Source: an uncultured Omnitrophica bacterium (GTDB lineage Bacteria; Omnitrophota; Gorgyraeia; JACQQV01). Taken from it: 64,000 nt of DNA. Location: the NCBI GenBank assembly GCA_947085655.1, contig CAMTXH010000006.1:6498-70497 (forward strand), in the 5' to 3' direction. A program made the translations under genes and the position numbers. Below, in pieces: positions 61,146-64,000 of this stretch. Under the pieces are notes generated by a model. It was not told where the DNA came from. It saw nothing but the letters and a program-made list of their open reading frames with translations, and did no database searches. How positions within the stretch are numbered: position 1 is the first letter of the stretch; the number at the start of each line of letters is the position of its first letter.

Positions 61146-61980
61146 TCCCTTCCTCAATATTGATGTAATCTTCAAAACGGAGCTTTCCCTCGATCTCCTC
61201 ATGGATGACGCGGACCCGGTCCGCCATATAAGGATGGGTCCGGAGGTAATGTCCGCGCGGCCCCTTTTCCCGGTGGACCTCCTTCAACTTCTCAAGAAAG
61301 CGGACCATGGCATGCGGATCATACCCCGCCTCCCGCATCATCGTCACGGCAAGCCGGTCGGCGGTCAACTCATCCCCCCGGGCGTATGCCAGAAAAATCT
61401 GGGTGAGGGCGTATTGGGCCCCCCGAACCGCGCGCGCATCCGCGCCAGAGCCGACGGCAAGGGCCTGGAGGAGTCCGTAGCCCATGGAGGCCTGGAGCCG
61501 TTTCACCGAATGCCGGGCCGCCACATGAGCGATTTCGTGGGCCAAAACCCCAGCCAGTTCATCATCGCTCTCCGCCTTTTCCAAAAGCCCGCGGTTCACA
61601 TAAACGAATCCGCCCGGCAGCGAAGAGGCATTTACCTCCTCCAAATCCAGCACCTTGAAATCGTAAACGAGTTCCTGGCGATCGGAAAAAGCGGCCAGCT
61701 TCTGTCCAATCGTCTCAACCCGCTGTTGCGCCTCCCGGTCCGGCAGGAGTTTGTACTGTTCTCCGAGCCGCTTCGCAATTTTCCGGCCCATATTGACTTC
61801 CTGCTCGGTGGTGTAGAGAACCCACTCTTCGCGGTCGGTCGCAAGATCATAATAGGAAGAGGAAGCGCATCCTGTCTGAAACAAAAGGAGGAGGCAAAGC
61901 CATCCTCCTCCTTTTCTTATTCCCCTTTGAGCCGCTTCAATAGGGGGTGTTTGTGGTCTGCACGGCTGGTCTCGGTTCAT
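61135..61980 (-). CDS. M48 family Zn metalloprotease, probable lipoprotein
   Basis: [20 protein letters not shown] (HExxH), E..AD, THP..DR; QTGC lipobox-like. Start uncertain. Confidence 0.88.
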
Positions 61981-62062
61981 ATTCCTTCAAAAAGGCCTCG
62001 CAACCGGAGAGCGAAATGAGAAGCCAACCCGCTACAAACCAAACAGTAACGTTTCTCATCAT
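61937..62062 (-). CDS. 41-aa small lipoprotein (not in ORF track)
   Basis: [41 protein letters not shown]; LSGC lipobox; AAGG upstream; fills the intergenic gap in operon orientation. Confidence 0.7.
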   Translation of the reverse strand: MMRNVTVWFVAGWLLISLSGCEAFLKEYEPRPAVQTTNTPY

Positions 62063-62068
62063 GCACCT

Positions 62069-62551
62069 TTAATCGGTGATCAAGTTATACGCCTCGCGGG
62101 CGCACTCGAGGGGGTCTGTGATAATCTGCTCCCGCGTAAACCGGAGAACATGATAGCCGTCCTCCCGAAGGGCGGCATCCTTTTCTTCATCGCTCTTTTT
62201 CTGCTCATCGGATTTATGATCACCTTTCTCGCATTCAATGGCAATCCGGATATCCTCCTGTTTGGTTTTATAAATGACCAAAAAATCGACTTCATACTCC
62301 CCGATTTTTACCGCATGGCCGATGGCAAGACGGAGCATCACCTTCTCCACCACCTGCCCCTCTTTTGTTGTCTTGTAAATGAAGTAATCATTCATGAGGT
62401 CCCAATAGAGATGGCAGAGAGCGATGTACATGAACTGCTCGGTGGCGTCCTGAATGTCCCATTCATCCAGCAGGGCGTAGATTTTGGTTTCAAAGGAAAT
62501 CGCCTGACGTTTGCTGACCGCCTCCAAGAAATATCTCACATTCGCCAGCAT
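62069..62551 (-). CDS. DUF559/Vsr-like endonuclease-fold protein, degenerate
   Basis: IGEYEVDF...IAIECEKGDH...D..KD..L...GYHVLRF. Confidence 0.65.
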   Translation of the reverse strand: MLANVRYFLEAVSKRQAISFETKIYALLDEWDIQDATEQFMYIALCHLYWDLMNDYFIYKTTKEGQVVEKVMLRLAIGHAVKIGEYEVDFLVIYKTKQEDIRIAIECEKGDHKSDEQKKSDEEKDAALREDGYHVLRFTREQIITDPLECAREAYNLITD

Positions 62552-62565
62552 CGCTTTTCTCCTTC

Positions 62566-63084
62566 CTAAGGTCCCCAGAGACCCAGACCCTCCCGCTCGG
62601 CCTGCAGGGCGAGTTTCTCGAAGTGTTCCGCGTACCGGGTATTAGGGGGGATGGAAAGGGGTTTGGCGAGCCCCTTCCGGATCAGATGCGCATTGACGAA
62701 AATTTCCTCCGCCAAAGCCCCCATCCGGACATAAACATAAGCCAAGAGCCGTCCAAAACGATCACGCTTGACCTGGTCAAATTCAAGCCGCACTTTTTTT
62801 CCCTCCACGAGTGCGCGGTTTTCCCGGGTTGCTTCTTCCGCGTACGGCTTAGGATCGTACACCCAGGCGGTCCCGACCCGCCGCATCATCTCCGGCGTGT
62901 CGATGCCGAGATACCGAACCTTTTCGCCGTTTTCAAGTTCGATGGTGTCCCCATCCGTAACGGTCCGTACCAGACTCGCCTCTTCCTCTGTCCGATCATA
63001 CCATTTTCCGCCCGAAAGCGCCGCCGGGGCCATCGAGTGGAGCAGGAACAAAACAATCAACCAGCCCCTTATAAAAAGTTTCAT
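62566..63084 (-). CDS. Secreted thermonuclease (SNase family)
   Basis: Signal peptide, DGDT, VRYLGIDTPE, DRFGRLLAYVY, GLW. Confidence 0.93.
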   Translation of the reverse strand: MKLFIRGWLIVLFLLHSMAPAALSGGKWYDRTEEEASLVRTVTDGDTIELENGEKVRYLGIDTPEMMRRVGTAWVYDPKPYAEEATRENRALVEGKKVRLEFDQVKRDRFGRLLAYVYVRMGALAEEIFVNAHLIRKGLAKPLSIPPNTRYAEHFEKLALQAEREGLGLWGP

Positions 63085-64000
63085 CCTTTTTTCCCCTTCC
63101 CGGCTTTCTGCTCGAGAAAGGCCTGAACAAAAAGGCCGATCTCCCCGTCCATCACGGAAGTGGTGTTGGACGTTTCCGTCCCGGTCCGGTGGTCTTTGAC
63201 CATCTGATACGGGTGAAAAACGTAAGAGCGGATCTGGCTTCCCCAGGCAATTTCCCGCTTGGTGCCGTGGGCGGCCTTGAGGGCTTCCTCCTTTTCTCTC
63301 TGCTGGCGTTCGTAAAGACGGGCCCGAAGGACCTTCAGGGCGGTCGCTTTATTTTTGTGCTGGGACCGTTCGTTCTGACACTGGACAACGATCCCGGTAG
63401 GCAAATGGGTAATCCGGACTGCGGAATCGGTCACATTCACATGTTGTCCTCCTTTGCCGCTTGAGCGGTACGTATCGATTCGCAAATCGGACTCCTTGAT
63501 ATCAATGGGAACATCTTCGGGGGCCTGGGGAATGACATCCACCGAGGCAAAGGAGGTATGACGCCGTTTGTTGGCGTCAAAGGGGGAAATCCGGACGAGC
63601 CGGTGAACCCCGATTTCCGATTGGAGAAGCCCGTAAGCGAACTCCCCCTTGATCAAAAGGGTGGCATTTTTGATGCCGGCTTCCTCACCGGGCAGTACAT
63701 CGAGTGTTTCAACCTTGAACTGCTTTTCCTCCGCCCAGCGCTCGTACATCCGGAGGAGCATCGCCGCCCAGTCACAGGATTCGGTTCCGCCCGCGCCCGC
63801 ATTCACGCTCAAGATGGCATCCCGAATGTCATTTCTCCCTCCCAGAAGCCGTTGCGTCTGGAGGCGCCGGATCTTTTCCTCCAGTTTCCGGAGATCCTTC
63901 TCACACTCCTTGAGGGATGCCGTATCGCCTTCGTCCACAACGGATAAAAGCTCTTCAAGCTCCCGCAGTTCCTTTTCACAGGATAAAAGGGGCTCCACCC
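63081..64000 (-). CDS. prfB: Peptide chain release factor 2 (5' end outside window)
   Basis: GAGGTES, SPF, GGQ, WGSQIRSY. Confidence 0.96.
   Translation of the reverse strand, partial: VEPLLSCEKELRELEELLSVVDEGDTASLKECEKDLRKLEEKIRRLQTQRLLGGRNDIRDAILSVNAGAGGTESCDWAAMLLRMYERWAEEKQFKVETLDVLPGEEAGIKNATLLIKGEFAYGLLQSEIGVHRLVRISPFDANKRRHTSFASVDVIPQAPEDVPIDIKESDLRIDTYRSSGKGGQHVNVTDSAVRITHLPTGIVVQCQNERSQHKNKATALKVLRARLYERQQREKEEALKAAHGTKREIAWGSQIRSYVFHPYQMVKDHRTGTETSNTTSVMDGEIGLFVQAFLEQKAGKGKKG

Noticed and set aside
63081-64000. prfB programmed +1 frameshift site
   Set aside because: Would lie upstream of the window edge; cannot be assessed.

Overview
A 64-kb, roughly 55-60% GC bacterial housekeeping region in which every credible gene is on the minus strand, mostly with overlapping stop/start codons. 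In transcription order: prfB (partial), thermonuclease, DUF559-like, small lipoprotein, M48 peptidase, secA, lnt; a c-di-GMP-I riboswitch ahead of a secreted hypothetical; lysS, lolCE, lolD, ilvE, mcsA, mcsB, clpC, AsmA-like, mlaEFD, PIN/TRAM, ispDF, cysE, cysS, tmk, holB, metG, iscS, TatD/radical SAM, CPBP, DEDDh, PD-(D/E)XK, thiL, tsaE, tsaB, FIST; alr; ilvBNC, leuA, aroE, pilD, aroC, aroK, dprA, topA, xerC; and a lipid A/Kdo/heptose core operon ending in kdsB and pyrG (partial). The gene content indicates an LPS-producing diderm, possibly PVC/Omnitrophota (inference only). Main observations: (1) an in-frame fusion of a complete ThiS-like ubiquitin-fold sulfur carrier ending in GGG to DNA topoisomerase I; (2) a c-di-GMP-I riboswitch with a heptad-repeat hairpin in P3 and a REP-like palindrome in its terminator loop; (3) GGGAC...GTCCC palindromes that supply the TAG stop of four genes; (4) a 120-bp AT-rich MITE-like element; (5) an unannotated 41-aa lipoprotein; (6) several domain fusions. 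No tRNA, rRNA, CRISPR array or transposase was seen. All protein calls come from motif recognition by eye; no database search was run.
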